From positions 118,978,001 through 119,042,000 of the forward strand of contig OX597814.1 of the NCBI GenBank assembly GCA_951406725.2: 64,000 bases of DNA, read 5' to 3'. Source of the stretch: Octopus vulgaris (lineage: Eukaryota). Below the pieces are notes generated by a model. That model made no database searches, had not been told where the DNA came from, and saw only the letters and a list, made by a program, of their open reading frames with translations. Positions 38,416 through 51,431 of this stretch are shown in pieces. Each line of letters opens with the position of its first letter. Position 1 is the first letter of the stretch. The position numbers were made by a program, and so were the translations under genes.

Positions 38416-39120
38416 TGACAGACAGAGAGACAGATACATAGTTAGATACACAGATAGATATATAGTTAGATATATACATTCATACACACTTAAGCGCACT
38501 CACACAGAAATATACGTACGCACACACGCACACACACATTCGCATAGAGGTAGACTACTGACTGCACCATTGAACACAAACGAAACAATTGGGAATTTTG
38601 ATTTTAATGTGTTGGCAAATGAGAAATTTACGTCTATATTATCGTATTATTCTATGTTACTCTAGATAAATGAACGTCCATAGCCGATCTCTCAGGTCTG
38701 ACATACGAGTGTCTCATATTTCAAATACCTGTTGATTTTCTGATTATCATGCTAAGGTCATAAGTCGGCAATTTGGTAGCTTATTTTAAAATGAATAAGT
38801 TAATTATTAAGCGGTCACTAATTCATAAAATCGTCGCTAACTTCTACCATGCTATTGTTTCATCCAACACTTCGTCTAATTTGGCATTTACTCAGTATTT
38901 TTAGCGGCGAAATATGTAAATAAAGTGCAATTATAATAAGAAAAGAGAGGCACTCAATTTCAGTTGCGAGATAATGAAACATTGTTACCTGCAAGACAAG
39001 TCTATTTAAAGCCTAGATAAAACTTGGTTATATTTTTGTCATAATTGTTGTTGTGGCAAATATATTCTTTTCTTAATAAAATTCATCATAACATTATACG
39101 GTTATATCGTGATGTCATTC

Positions 39121-39332
39121 GTGCTGGCTGAGTCGTTAGAAAGCCGGGAAAATTGCTTAGCGGCGTTTTGCCAGTCATTACGTTCTAATTTCAAATTCCG
39201 TTGAGGTTGACTTTGCCTTTCATCGTTTCGGAATCGATAAAATAAGTAACAGCTGATCACTGGGGACGCTATAATCTACAAAATACTCCTTTGAAATTGC
39301 TGGCTTTTTGCCACAATTAAAAACCAAAATTA
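39121..39332 (+). mobile_element. SINE family C with GAAATTGCTGGC tail
   Basis: GAGGTTGACTTTGCCTTTCATCG core; tail as in 62351. Confidence 0.8.
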
Positions 39333-39456
39333 TGGTGTCATTTTGTGTCATATATATATATATACATACACACACACACACACACATATACATATATTTA
39401 TATATATAAATATACGTACATATATATATATGTATGTATACACACAAACACACACG

Positions 39457-39514
<58 letters not shown>

Positions 39515-40293
39515 TAATATGAGTGAATTTAACTTCTCGTAGTTGAAATATGTCACAAACGTATGTGAACAAATCTACACTTTGCATATATATATATATT
39601 CGCAAAGTGTAGATTTTTTTTAGATACGTTTGTGATATATATATATATATACTTTGATACTTTAATAGGTTTCGGCCATGTCTAACTTAATAGCACCACC
39701 ATATATATATGCAAAGTGTAGATTTGTTCAGATTCGTACGTTTAAATATTTGTTGTGCAAGATTTTTTATTCGTTTGTGAAATATTTCAACTACGAGAAG
39801 GTAAATTCACTGTTGTTATCGTGAACAAAATTTTCTCATGCTTAAAAGGTGTAAAATCCAGATATATGCTGTTTAGTGTCATGGTCACTCAGAACTTTCA
39901 GGCATTGATGTTTCTTGTTACTTAGCAGTTATCAATCGGAAGTAACTAAGAAAGCAAAACTGGACAGAATTTATCAGAGTTGTAACTTTAACTAAAACAC
40001 AGCCAACATCGTTGACTGATTTGCACCAGTCGACCGCCAGATCGTGAAAATAACCCAAACATTAGTGCCAAGTGTTTAAGCATAAGTAAAATATAGGATA
40101 ATTTAAATATGCTTGTGACAAGGGACAGATATTGTGTTTTTACACTCTTTTACCAGAAAAGAACGTTTTCTCTGCGGCACCTGCAGTGAATTTCCCGTGA
40201 ATTTCCCGTTTACCAGTTGAAATATATCACAAACATATTTTAAAAACCTTAACTTTGCTTATACCTAAGCATTGATAGCTCCTAATATTTTTA

Positions 40294-40354
<61 letters not shown>

Positions 40355-40643
40355 TGTATGTGTATTAACTTTACATAAATACACGGATTTACAAATATGG
40401 TTAAATAAATATATCCATCTCTCATATCTCCAGACTATTTCAAGTTTATAGACACACACATATACACGTACACACACACACGTACAAACACTCACGTACA
40501 CACACACATGTATTCACACACATACACGCATATGTATATATACATATTTGGTTTGCAAGATTCTCGATGTGGAATCGTGCGTTGGAACAGATGTTGTATT
40601 TAGGAATGGTCATTTTACCAGTTCAGCCAATAAAAACACATAC

Positions 40644-40678
<35 letters not shown>

Positions 40679-40757
40679 GAGAGATAAATATATACACATA
40701 TATATGTATATACATATATACATACATACACACACACATATATATATATATATACAT

Positions 40758-40792
<35 letters not shown>

Positions 40793-41429
40793 ATGTATAT
40801 ATGTATATGTCGATAAGCACATGATCATTCACCACTATACATTAGTATTTACCTGTTTCACGTCCCACGTTCTATTATATAAACAAATTGAATATCTCTG
40901 GAGCTCTGTTCCTACACACATTTTTCCCTACAAGCTATGATCGCCAACAAACTAAATTAAATATTCATCTCCTCTGCAATGTCTCTGTCTACCACGGCAA
41001 TGAAACGCTTCCCTTATCAACAAAGTGGCAAATATAAAACGGAACGATGTATTTATTGTACAGAAATATTTTTTTAAAATAATAAATATTCAGAAAATAT
41101 AATTCAATTATATTTCTAGGAATCTGAAGTGAAATATCGTGTTCCTGACAATCCTCCAGCGGAAAGTTTTGTTAGAAATTTTAAATTTTATATTTTTCGT
41201 TAGGGTAATATAACGTATTTTAGTTTGCGAACATTAAAGCTAGTACTTAGTATATTCTAATATAAATTATTAATGGTTTCCTTGAGTATAGCTATTTCAT
41301 AATGGTGAGTATATACTTGAGCTCTTCCCTATGTCTCCGGTTCTAAATCACTGTTGTGAAATATAGCGTGTTCTGGGTAACTTTAGACCTGGGAGAATTC
41401 CACGTTTCTAACGTTTGACCACATTAGAT

Positions 41430-41431
41430 GA

Positions 41432-41498
<67 letters not shown>

Positions 41499-41596
41499 CA
41501 GGAAAGAAAGAAAGAAAGCAGTAAAGAAAGAAAGAAAGCAGGAAAGAAAGAAAGAAAGATATCAGGAAAGAAAGAAAGAAAGCAGGAAAGAGAGAC

Positions 41597-41655
<59 letters not shown>

Positions 41656-41708
41656 AGGAAAGAAAGAAAGATATCAGGAAAGAAAGAAAGAAAGCAGGAA
41701 AGAGAGAC

Positions 41709-41746
<38 letters not shown>

Positions 41747-41875
41747 GAATTAGGAAAGAAAGAAAAGAATCAGGAAAGAAAGAAAGAAAGATATCAGGAA
41801 AGAGAGAAAGAAAGAAAGAAACAAACAAACAATGAAAGAAAGAGAGAAAGAAAAAAAGAAAGAAAAAAAGAAAGA
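41430..41875. repeat. (AAAG)n polypurine array with recurring GCAGG/GATATCAGG variants
   Basis: Directly visible. Confidence 0.95.
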
Positions 41876-42419
41876 CGCCTGGTACAGGACTTTTACTTCA
41901 TTTATCAACGCTGAAAAATGGCAGCCAAAACTGACCTAAGCGGTATCTCATCTCGGTACACTAGGAACTGGAACCACGCCGAGAGGCAATCTATCTAACT
42001 TTGCAACGACACAGCCATTTCGCAGCCTGGTGGGCAAGCAGCTGCGAGTTGTTAAACCCCAATAAATAGGAAGCTACCAGGCCACCTCTATGTTATCGAA
42101 CAAACAATTCTTTAAATAACCCATTGAGAGTTGGAGCATAATAGTGTTCTCTGTATACATCATTTAGTGCTCGGACGCTTCATTGAGTTGATGAACTTGT
42201 CACACATCATTTACAAAGAAAGCATTACACAGAGATCCTTTTTGTTATGCTAATTTTACCTTCTTGACAGACCTTTTGGTGCCACGCTATAAATATTTAT
42301 ACACAGTTCCAGTGATTAATGGAAAATCAAATGGCTTATGTGTACATATGTGTGTGTGTGTAGGGCGAGACGCCTTTCACAATATCAGTAACAAATACAT
42401 ACCTATATCTATTTATCTA

Positions 42420-42460
<41 letters not shown>

Positions 42461-42768
42461 TATATATCTTGTGTTTAAAATTAGATGTACAACTACTACT
42501 GTACGAGTCAGAGCTCCGGGTAGATTATCTAGTCTGTTTCAGTGGTTCATCTACCATCGAACTCATTAGTGTTACCAGACATGATACACAGATAAACACA
42601 AGAATAATATGTTAGTTGCTATGTACATTTCACTCATTAGTTGCTATGTATAATGCAGTTATTTGGAACTCAGGATTGTATGTTTCAAATGCATTTGGAA
42701 GCCAAACCGCAATGGATCACCAGGGGAACTCTTTATTGCAGCTTGTTATAGAATTCTGCTATTGAACA

Positions 42769-42850
<82 letters not shown>

Positions 42851-42984
42851 CCAGAGTAAGCGCACAAATGTGAAACAAGGTGGAAAAAAGAGTACTCAAA
42901 TACCAGATGTAGAGTAATATACTTTATTTAAAATCAGCAGAAATATAACAAAAGCTGTTACTGAGATTCACGTTCCCGTTCGTC

Positions 42985-42985
<1 letters not shown>
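42851..42985 (-). mobile_element. Penelope-like 3' tail with truncated hammerhead motif
   Basis: Minus strand CGACGA-ACG ggaa CGT-GAATC-TCA-GTA-ACAGC followed by AATAAA; flanked by (TA)n on both sides. Confidence 0.5.
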
Positions 42986-43026
<41 letters not shown>

Positions 43027-43321
43027 TATCTATTTGTTTGATCCACTTGCTGAAAGGCAACACCCCTTCAGCAAATAGACTTCAAACTATTTGCATGTAT
43101 GTTCCAGACCCAGTGATTCCTTTCTTTAAGAGCTGTGTTGAGTAGATGACAGCCAGTAAGCACTATAAGCTAGGGACTTACCTCCCTTTGTCAGCCATTA
43201 AGCATAGTGCTTTATATTTTTAACTTTTATGAAAATATACAGTAGAACCTCGGTTTTCGAAACAACTCTGATCACGAATAAGTCGTACCTTATCTCCTGT
43301 CTTTCGCATATTCATTTAATA

Positions 43322-43371
43322 CAGTAGTACCTCGGTTTGTGAACGCCTCTGATCACGAAGAAATCGTGTTT

Positions 43372-43404
<33 letters not shown>

Positions 43405-43548
43405 GTGCGTGTGTGTTTGTGTGTGCGTATGTGTGTGTGTATGTATGTGTGTGTGTGTGCGTGTGTGCGTGCGTGTGTGTGTGTATGTATGAATATAAAA
43501 CACGATTTATTTGCGATCAGAGTTACTCAAAAGACAGAGGTACTAGTG
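43322..43548. mobile_element. pogo/Tigger-like MITE enclosing a microsatellite; extra left end at 43240-43290
   Basis: TA|CAGTAGTACCTCGG...CTCTGATCACGAAGAAATCGTGTTTTATA and its inverse TATAAAACACGATTTATTTGCGATCAGAG...GAGGTACTAGTG|TA. Confidence 0.7.
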
Positions 43549-44514
43549 TATTTAGTTGCATTTTGACAGGTTACAGGTTATGATCGTTCATATAGACTTG
43601 AGTATCATTATATATACATATAATGTATATACACATAGGTAAACGTTACTGTGTCTTAATGACCTTGTTACGAGAAGTCTAGAGGTGTATGCAGAACGTA
43701 TTTATGTAATATACACTCTTAGCTGCGTTCATCATGTATGTTGAAGGAAACCGACATTTCACTAACATGGTTATATGGCAGTTTAAATATGATAAGACAG
43801 TGTGTTCGATAGCAAGATGAAAATATCCCTGGTAGTAAATTTAAGGCGCCATGTCTATTCTGAAAATGTTATTAATTTCATCACACTGAGTTTTTTCGTG
43901 CTGACACGGATTGAGTGTATCTCCATAGGGGTGCATGCAAATTAGTCTTAAACTAACTCATTTTTCCATATTAACATACGATGGGATTTCGTACACATTA
44001 TACAAAAGAAAAGAACGGACTGGATTTAACACCAATCGTTTATTTACAAAAGGTAGTAGAAATATAAACATTGAATTCATCACGACATAATCATGATGGA
44101 AAAATTGTAGTACATATTATGTATGAATTAGACATTTTAAAATGGCATCTGTCGCAAGAGTAACGACAGAATAAATTTTTTTAGCTAGTTCATTAGACTA
44201 CACTAATAGGTTGAGAATAGCATGACATAAGATTATGAAGAATAAACAATGCAAAATAGCAATGCAGAAATGAGTGACGAGGTCCCGTGTGGCAACCATG
44301 TGTAACTAAATAATTTCCCCAAAATCTGGGTTCAAATAACTGTCGTAAAACCTATTCTGGAAGCATTTCTCCATTAAAAAGAACATCTTCACGGAGACTA
44401 CAATCGGTGTAGGAACAGACCAATTAAAAAGCGTAAGACAATTATAAACAAAAACAGTCGACAAGACTATTACGCCATACTGCAGCTGCTAGAGTCTATA
44501 ACTGCTACAATATA

Positions 44515-44560
<46 letters not shown>

Positions 44561-44582
44561 TGTGTGTGTGTATGTGTGTGTG

Positions 44583-44627
<45 letters not shown>

Positions 44628-44943
44628 CAGAGCTCCAGGTAGATTATCCAATCAGCTTCCTGTATAGTGGTGAGTCTAACCATAAATTTATGAGTATTAC
44701 TACATATGATATACAAACCATATATAGGATAAAATTAAGATAAACACAAGTGTAAAATAGTAGTTGCTATGCACTATATATATGTGTGTGTGCGTGTGTA
44801 ACCAAAATAAATAACAGAATATCAAGTATTAGTGCAGTACGACCGTTTCCAGCGGCTCCATTTAATTGAACAATGCAAACATTGCATCAATTTAAATCCA
44901 GCAGCACAAAATATAGAATTTTTTAACAAGTAGGACACATAAT

Positions 44944-46127
44944 AGTTATCGTCTAACCTTCAAGGACTGAAATTCCAGTTACTCTCGGAACTCCAGCTTA
45001 GATAAAATCCTTGACGTTCCATTGCGTGAAGGCGCGTGGCCTAGTGTTTAAGGGGTTACACTCTAATCTATGTCAATTTTCTGATTATCTTTCGTCACAC
45101 AGCTGTGACCTCTTTATCGACTCTTCCATTCACACGTTTCCTCCTTTTCTTAAAAGTTAATATGCTAGAGTATGTCTCTCGCATCTAATTCGTATAAATG
45201 CTTACTTTAATAGTACAGCAGAGAGGAACATTTTGTAGAAAAAGAGCTCCCATACTCCATCATAATTTCGATACATGTATATGCGTATGAATGCTTTTCT
45301 TTACAAGTAAGCATGTTTGTGCGAGTGTGTGTATATATCTCTGTGTGTATTGTGTGTGTTTAAATATGAAGTAGAAACAATGCAAGGGTAATAAACATTA
45401 TCAATCACATACACTTAACGTATATCACTTGAGTATGTGCTGGTAGGCTGCGGTTTAACATTGCGGATAATATTCATGTATTTATATGTGTATGTGTAGA
45501 AATATGTGGATAATATAGAGGAAATGTAGACTGCCAAAATGTAAGCTTGATAGGGGAACACACTGAAGCCTGTATCAACATTCGTTTGTTGCCTTTTCTC
45601 TTTTATTCTCTGGATGAAATGTTAAGTCTGTGCTCTTCAGAAGTAGTTCCAATCTTTTAAAATCGAGATGGTTGAGGCAGTGCAAATTAATGGAAATAGG
45701 AAGAAATGAGCAAGAAAAGAATTCTAATGTTGGTGATTTCTGAAAGAGTAAGATTTGAGAAATATCTCCAGTGGTGTGCGAGAAGAGAAGACCTGATGGA
45801 GTTGGGCATGAGTATACTTGATACATGCCCCAACTCAATGAAGTGGAATCATTCCAATAATGATAGATGAGTTTACTATGGGAAACAACTGATATCTGGG
45901 CCAGAAATTAGCGTATGTTTTTAAACTAATTTAAATTATATTGTACGTATAAGGGCAAATTCAAAGTGCCCTTTAAACTGTATTTTTTATACTTTATGAA
46001 CAAAGAGTTATCGTCTAACCTTCAAGGACTGAAATTCCGCAGTTACTCTCGGAACTCCAGCTTAGATAAAATCCTTGACGTTCCATTGCGTGAAGGCGCG
46101 TGGCCTAGTGTTTAAGGGGTTACACTC
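44944..46127 (+). repeat. 120-bp near-identical direct repeat (44944-45063 and 46006-46127)
   Basis: The copies differ only by a 2-nt GC indel by eye. Confidence 0.9.
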
Positions 46128-46335
46128 CTCATCTGTTGTGCGCTGTGTTCTTCAGAAAAATACTTCATTTCACGTTGCTCCATTCCACGGACGTTCTGTT
46201 TAGGAGCTGAAATGTTGTCACTCTCGCCTAGCCAACGCAGTCTTATCATTCGAAGTCTAAAATAATACGAAGCGCATTGTGGCCAGTGATGTATAACAAC
46301 ATCCGATAATCTGGTCGATACCGGGATACCGTGAT
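46092..46335 (+). mobile_element. SINE B-related copy with CORE-like body and tail type 1
   Basis: GGCGCGTGGCCTAGTG head, ACTTCATTTCACGTTGCTCCA body, GAAGCGCATTGTGGCCAGTGATGT tail. Confidence 0.7.
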
Positions 46336-46916
46336 TTTTCCTTTACATTTACTTTCAGCATATGATCCGTATTAATTCGTTCAAAGTAGCAATATACTTG
46401 TTAGTTATACAGCATTCCTGTTTCTTAAAAAGAAGTTCAACCCTGAGTATCTCGCTTTTATTCTATTCTTTGTAATGTCAGTCATAGTGTATTAAATGTG
46501 GTTATAAGAAGGGGCTCATTTAAAAGAAATTTAACTTCTGCCTTGTAGGGGAAATAACCACGCCGTGCCTTCCGCGTGGTCCGTGTCAACCCCTGGATAC
46601 GATTTATTGGTTTAAGAACGGCTTTGTGTGTGTGCGTGCGTGTTTTTTTGTGGGGTGGGGGTTATAAACATATGTTTAAGAGCATGTTGCTTTTTTTAAA
46701 AAAAACGCTTGTTTAAAATTCTAATGTACGAAATGTAAACAAATAGGAATTGTAAATTAATTCAACAGGAAGATAAAAAAAATTACATTTGATTTTACAG
46801 TGTTTTTCTTTCCATATATTAATTCCCTATAAAATTGTTAGCCAAATTCTATCAAAGTAAATTATGTAAATCAAAATTTGCCACTAATTCAACCAAATTA
46901 TTTCAAGTAATTTGCA

Positions 46917-46983
<67 letters not shown>
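46917..46983. repeat. (ATT)n microsatellite
   Basis: Directly visible. Confidence 0.95.
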
Positions 46984-46985
<2 letters not shown>

Positions 46986-47372
46986 TTATGGTTATGTGTG
47001 CGTGTCTGTTATTGTATGGTGTGTATGTATGTGTATGCGCGCGCGCGTGTGTATGTGTGTATATGGGTGTGTGTATGTGTGTGTATGTGTGTGTGTGTGC
47101 GCGTGTAATACGAAAAATTACTAAAGTAGTTTGGTTGAATTAGCGGCAAATTTACATAATTTACCTTGATGGAATTTGGAAATCACTTTTATAGCGTATA
47201 AATGCATAAAATGCAAAATCAACATTGAATAAAATAGAAAAAAAAACTTTCTTCCACTGCTCGAAAATAAATTTACAATTCCTATGTAAGTTATGCAGTC
47301 TTAATAAACATACAATTTAGCATATCTGTTAAAAGTAAATGAAATCGCTACACAACAGGTTTACCTTGATGT

Positions 47373-47607
47373 AGAAACAAGCAGAGTTAATTCTTATTAG
47401 AAAGAAACAGAGATCAACCTTATTAGAAAGAAAGAAACAGAGATTAACATTATGATAAAGAAACAGGGATCAATCTTATTAGAAAGAAACCGAGATCACC
47501 CTTATTAAAAAGAAACAGTGATCAACCTTATTACAAAGAAACAGAGATCAACTTTATTAGAAAGAAACAGAGATCAACCTTATTAGAAAGAATAAGAGGT
47601 CAACCTA
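47373..47607. repeat. Minisatellite, ~26-bp unit AGAAAGAAACAGAGATCAACCTTATT, about 8-9 copies
   Basis: Directly visible tandem units. Confidence 0.9.
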
Positions 47608-48239
47608 GATCTTCACCAGGCGAAGAATATCTATTTGATACTCAGAAACAAAATCAAAACAGATTAATTCAACGGTGCACGGTGGCAACTCGTTCTAGTT
47701 TGATGGATCCCCACATTTTTTCTGGATCCTTCACATTTTTTCATACATACTTGTCCTACATATTCTACAACACATGACCTCTGAGCTTTAACAATTAGAC
47801 CCCTTCAACTGTGTCGTCTAATCATGCTTTAGAAATGAATATTTCCAACATATCATGTTATGTTTTCACGTAAATTTCAATTATTGTTTTTAATTATATT
47901 TAGTATTTCTTCGATTGCAAAGGCATGTCTTTCTAAATTACTTGAAACGGACGATTTCTTCCGCGTATATATAGTATGGGACAATACAATGGGAGAGTTA
48001 GAAAACTAGACAAGTCGACTAAAGTGCAGCAATGGTACATTAGTTACCGACTCTGAAAAGATGAAAAAGTAAATTTAACCTCAGGAGAATTTAAACCCAA
48101 AAAGGCAGATAACCAGAACGTTTACACAAACCAATCTCTTCGACGCGCTAATAACTACCACACGGCTGTTTTATTGTTATATATGCATGTCCACACACAA
48201 ACATTTATATATATATATATATTTTTTATAGCTCCAGCT

Positions 48240-49150
48240 TTTCGTGACTTCTATCTTCATGATTCTCATTTCTATTTTCTTCTTGTATTTCTTCAACTTT
48301 TACACACAGCATTTCAGGTTCATTAGTCTGTCCATGACTAATATCTTCACATGCTAGTTCCTAATATTCCTTCATCAACGCATTATCTATATATCTATTA
48401 AAATTTCGTTCGTTAACCAAGACGTTAGATGCTTTGTTTATTAATGGTTGGCTTTATTGTTGCTTATACAATGTAATCGCTACCTGACGCTTTTCAAGAC
48501 TTGTCATCTTTATGAAAGTTGTTTCTTTGTTAATCATATATTCATCACTTTCGACACTATTTTTCTTTTATCTGTCAGTTGATTACTTTACTTATATCAT
48601 GTTTTGCAAAAGTTTCCATCCTCATTCTGAAACTGTTATTTTGTATTTCATGTCTCTCGGATATGTTTTATACATCCTATGAAGTTGGAATTCGTAAATA
48701 TATCGACTATTTCTAACCGTTTATTTATTTTTTCGATCCTTTGCTGTTGGATTTGATGGACCTTTTCTGATATTACGTTCCCATATATTTCCCTATATAC
48801 ACGTATTCTTGTATTATTACCTCCTTATTTCTGCTGAATAATCGCATTTGTTGTATGATTAAGCTATACTCGTCTGTAGCGCACATATTTTATATCATGG
48901 ACTGATTAATGTAAGTTCTTTTCAAGTATATTATTATCCTTTTTCTATTCATACTTATATCACATACCGCTATGCTCCAGATGTGATTCGATAGACATGG
49001 TATATTTCTCCTATAAATATAACAGAAAGGGTGTACTATATCTATCGACATTAGCCGTTTCTCTGTTTGTTCTAATGTAGTTTGTGCCGATTTATCTCTC
49101 ATAAAATATAGTTGCTGTGATCCACCGAAGTTGCATCTATTGTTAGCTGC
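48240..49150 (-). pseudogene. Highly decayed LINE apurinic-like endonuclease region (RTE-like)
   Basis: Collinear remnants on minus strand: EINRHKL, ISP, FCK, EYMINK, GSDYIV*ATIK (cf. IDYI...SDH). Confidence 0.4.
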
Positions 49151-50041
49151 GGTTTGGGGATTTTTAAATACATGGTTTTCTATGTTTGTGATGGTATGTT
49201 TTATGATTTTCTGAGCAACCATCTTTCAAGTTTTCTATTAGATAGTTTTTAATCTCTATGTTGATGAGAAAGAATATAGTATTAGGGAGTTCAGTTCAAG
49301 CTTTAATACATCGTAACGAAGAATGAGATAAACCGAACCAACAGTAATCATTAAACAGTCTTCCATCGACCGTATATAGCACAAATTATTCAATAGGATC
49401 AACACAAATTTAGCTAGAGAGGTACAACCAACCACAATAGAAGCTATGAAAACCACAATACTCACTAAAAACGTATATAAACATAGAAATCGTTTCTATG
49501 TTTATATAGCCAGAACCATCTGAATGCAAAAGATCGAGACCATGCCCATTATATGTTCGTGCTCTTATTATCAGTGGAATTCAATATCATCGGCAAGAGG
49601 GTGACAAAAAAGTAACATAAAATGAACTTCCAAACGCCAGTTATAAACCTGTTCTGCAATGTCTATGGAAAACCACTTCGTTTTATGGAGAATGATATAA
49701 ATAAGTTAGAATAGTATAAATACAAATTTGTTCTGTGTAAGAAATCATGTAATATCACGTTTCTTTCTGGAACAATCTTGAATTTTCAGCAACTTAAAAT
49801 GAGTGTCAGAAGAGAATTTCTCCCGCTCAGTGACCAAAGGTTACCTGAAGCAATTTGTTTTAGTGCAGAGAAACCTATACATTTACAGTGATTGTCTTTC
49901 CCGCCGGCAGAATTAGAAGTTTAAAGGTTCCACGAATCAGATCAGAAGTACATTGTTTTGAATTATATTTGCCTTGCTATTTAGTAGGTATACAAAGAAC
50001 ACACATATACACACAAGCACACACATGTATATGCAAATAGT

Positions 50042-50343
50042 GGAGGCATATGGCCTAGTGGTTAGAGCAGCGGACTCGCGGTCGAGGGATAGCGGGCTCG
50101 AATCTCAGACCGGATGATGTTTGTGTTTATGAGCGAAACACCTAAGCTCCACACGGCTCCGACAGAAGGTAATGGCGAAACTTCTGCTGACTCTTTCGCC
50201 ACAACTTTCTCTCACTCTTTACTCCTGCATCTTGCAGCTTACCTCCAATGGACCGGCGTCTCGTCCAGGTGGGGAACCTATACGCCAAGTAACCGGGAAA
50301 CCGGCCCTTATGAGCCAGACATGGCTCGAGAAGGAACAAACAA
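50042..50343 (+). mobile_element. SINE family B, tail type 3
   Basis: tRNA-like head; tail GGACCGGCGTCTCGTCCAGG...GGCTCGAGAAGGAACAAACAA. Confidence 0.88.
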
Positions 50344-50494
50344 TGTATATGCAAATACGAAGTTAAGTCAAAAGTTGTTTCGAATTTCACTGATCATTTT
50401 TAGTAACTTCTATCTCCATATTATATTATTAATTTGATAGAACTTGTTTTCCAGTCGCTGCTGAGTTGTTTATTGTTTCCCTACATAACATAAA

Positions 50495-51431
50495 AGCATT
50501 AATTGCTTATTCTTTATTGCAGGGAAATATTTCAATTTTATGCTACTTGTGTAAAAAGAAAGATAAGACTGAATGCAAAAGAAATTAATTATGTGAAAGG
50601 ACCATGAACTGTCAACGAACGTGTAATACAAAATTCGTTTAGAAGTTATAAATAAGGAAAGTGACGCCAGCCTCGAAGACAAACGAAGGCCAGCGAGGTC
50701 GATTCGGGAAGATGAGGTCTTGCATGGAATAGTTTAAACAACAGGCGAGCTCAAGCACTCATACTCAAACTTGGTCGTTCACAAAGAACCTTCAATCTAA
50801 CCTGCATATGCTTGATCTTGGAAACATACACCGTTGAGTGGTTCCTTCTGGAATGACCAAGGAACTGGCTCGACGACGTATGAATCTTAGCAAACAATTA
50901 ATGGTAAATCCTCGCGATACTCGTTTTTGGTATCAAAATGTAACTGAGGATGAAAAATGGAGATATTTTTGTAATCTCAATGAGAAATCAGTGGCTCCGT
51001 TCCGGCCAGTCTTCAGAACCTGTACTCAAACAACGACGTTTTCAACAAAAAGTCATATATGTTTCATGGAATTTCAAGGGAATGTTGCACTTTAAGCTTG
51101 TCTCAGATGGTTATACTGTGAACGCTAACCTTTATGTTCAACATGTGTAGTGACTACATGAGGTTTTGATAGCTACTCAGCATTGATCAATCGGAGACAC
51201 ACATTTTTACAGCATAACAATGTCCCAGCACACGCTGCCAATGCGACCTAGTGCAAACTTGAAGAAATTGAAGGACTGAAATTGTTGGCTCATCATGTGT
51301 ACAGTCCAGTCCTTGCACTATCAGATTAACACCTCTTCCAAACCATTGCTCCTTTCTTGCACAGACGGTGGATCAACAATTGGGATGAGATCACAGGCGT
51401 GTCCAGGGAATGTTTTGCCTCTAAACCAGCC
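50495..51431 (+). pseudogene. Mariner (DD34D-type) transposase pseudogene
   Basis: DASLED, WVP-like segment, VTEDEKW, SWNFKGMLHF..GYTVNANLY, LQHNNVPAH, HHVYSPVLALSD*HLF in order, with frameshifts and stops. Confidence 0.9.

Noticed and set aside
44825-44975. Minus-strand CAGTCC-TTGAAGG...GAAAC-G-GTC-GTACTG with a long insert
   Set aside because: The core deviates at several positions and the base of stem II does not pair; it may be a relic but is not supportable.
47373-47607. Regularly spaced repeats suggestive of a CRISPR array
   Set aside because: The units are contiguous with no unique spacers, there are no cas genes, and the context is eukaryotic.
49256-49465. Hydrophobic 69-aa ORF resembling a membrane-protein exon
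   Set aside because: No family motif or convincing splice sites; hydrophobicity is expected from T-rich sequence.
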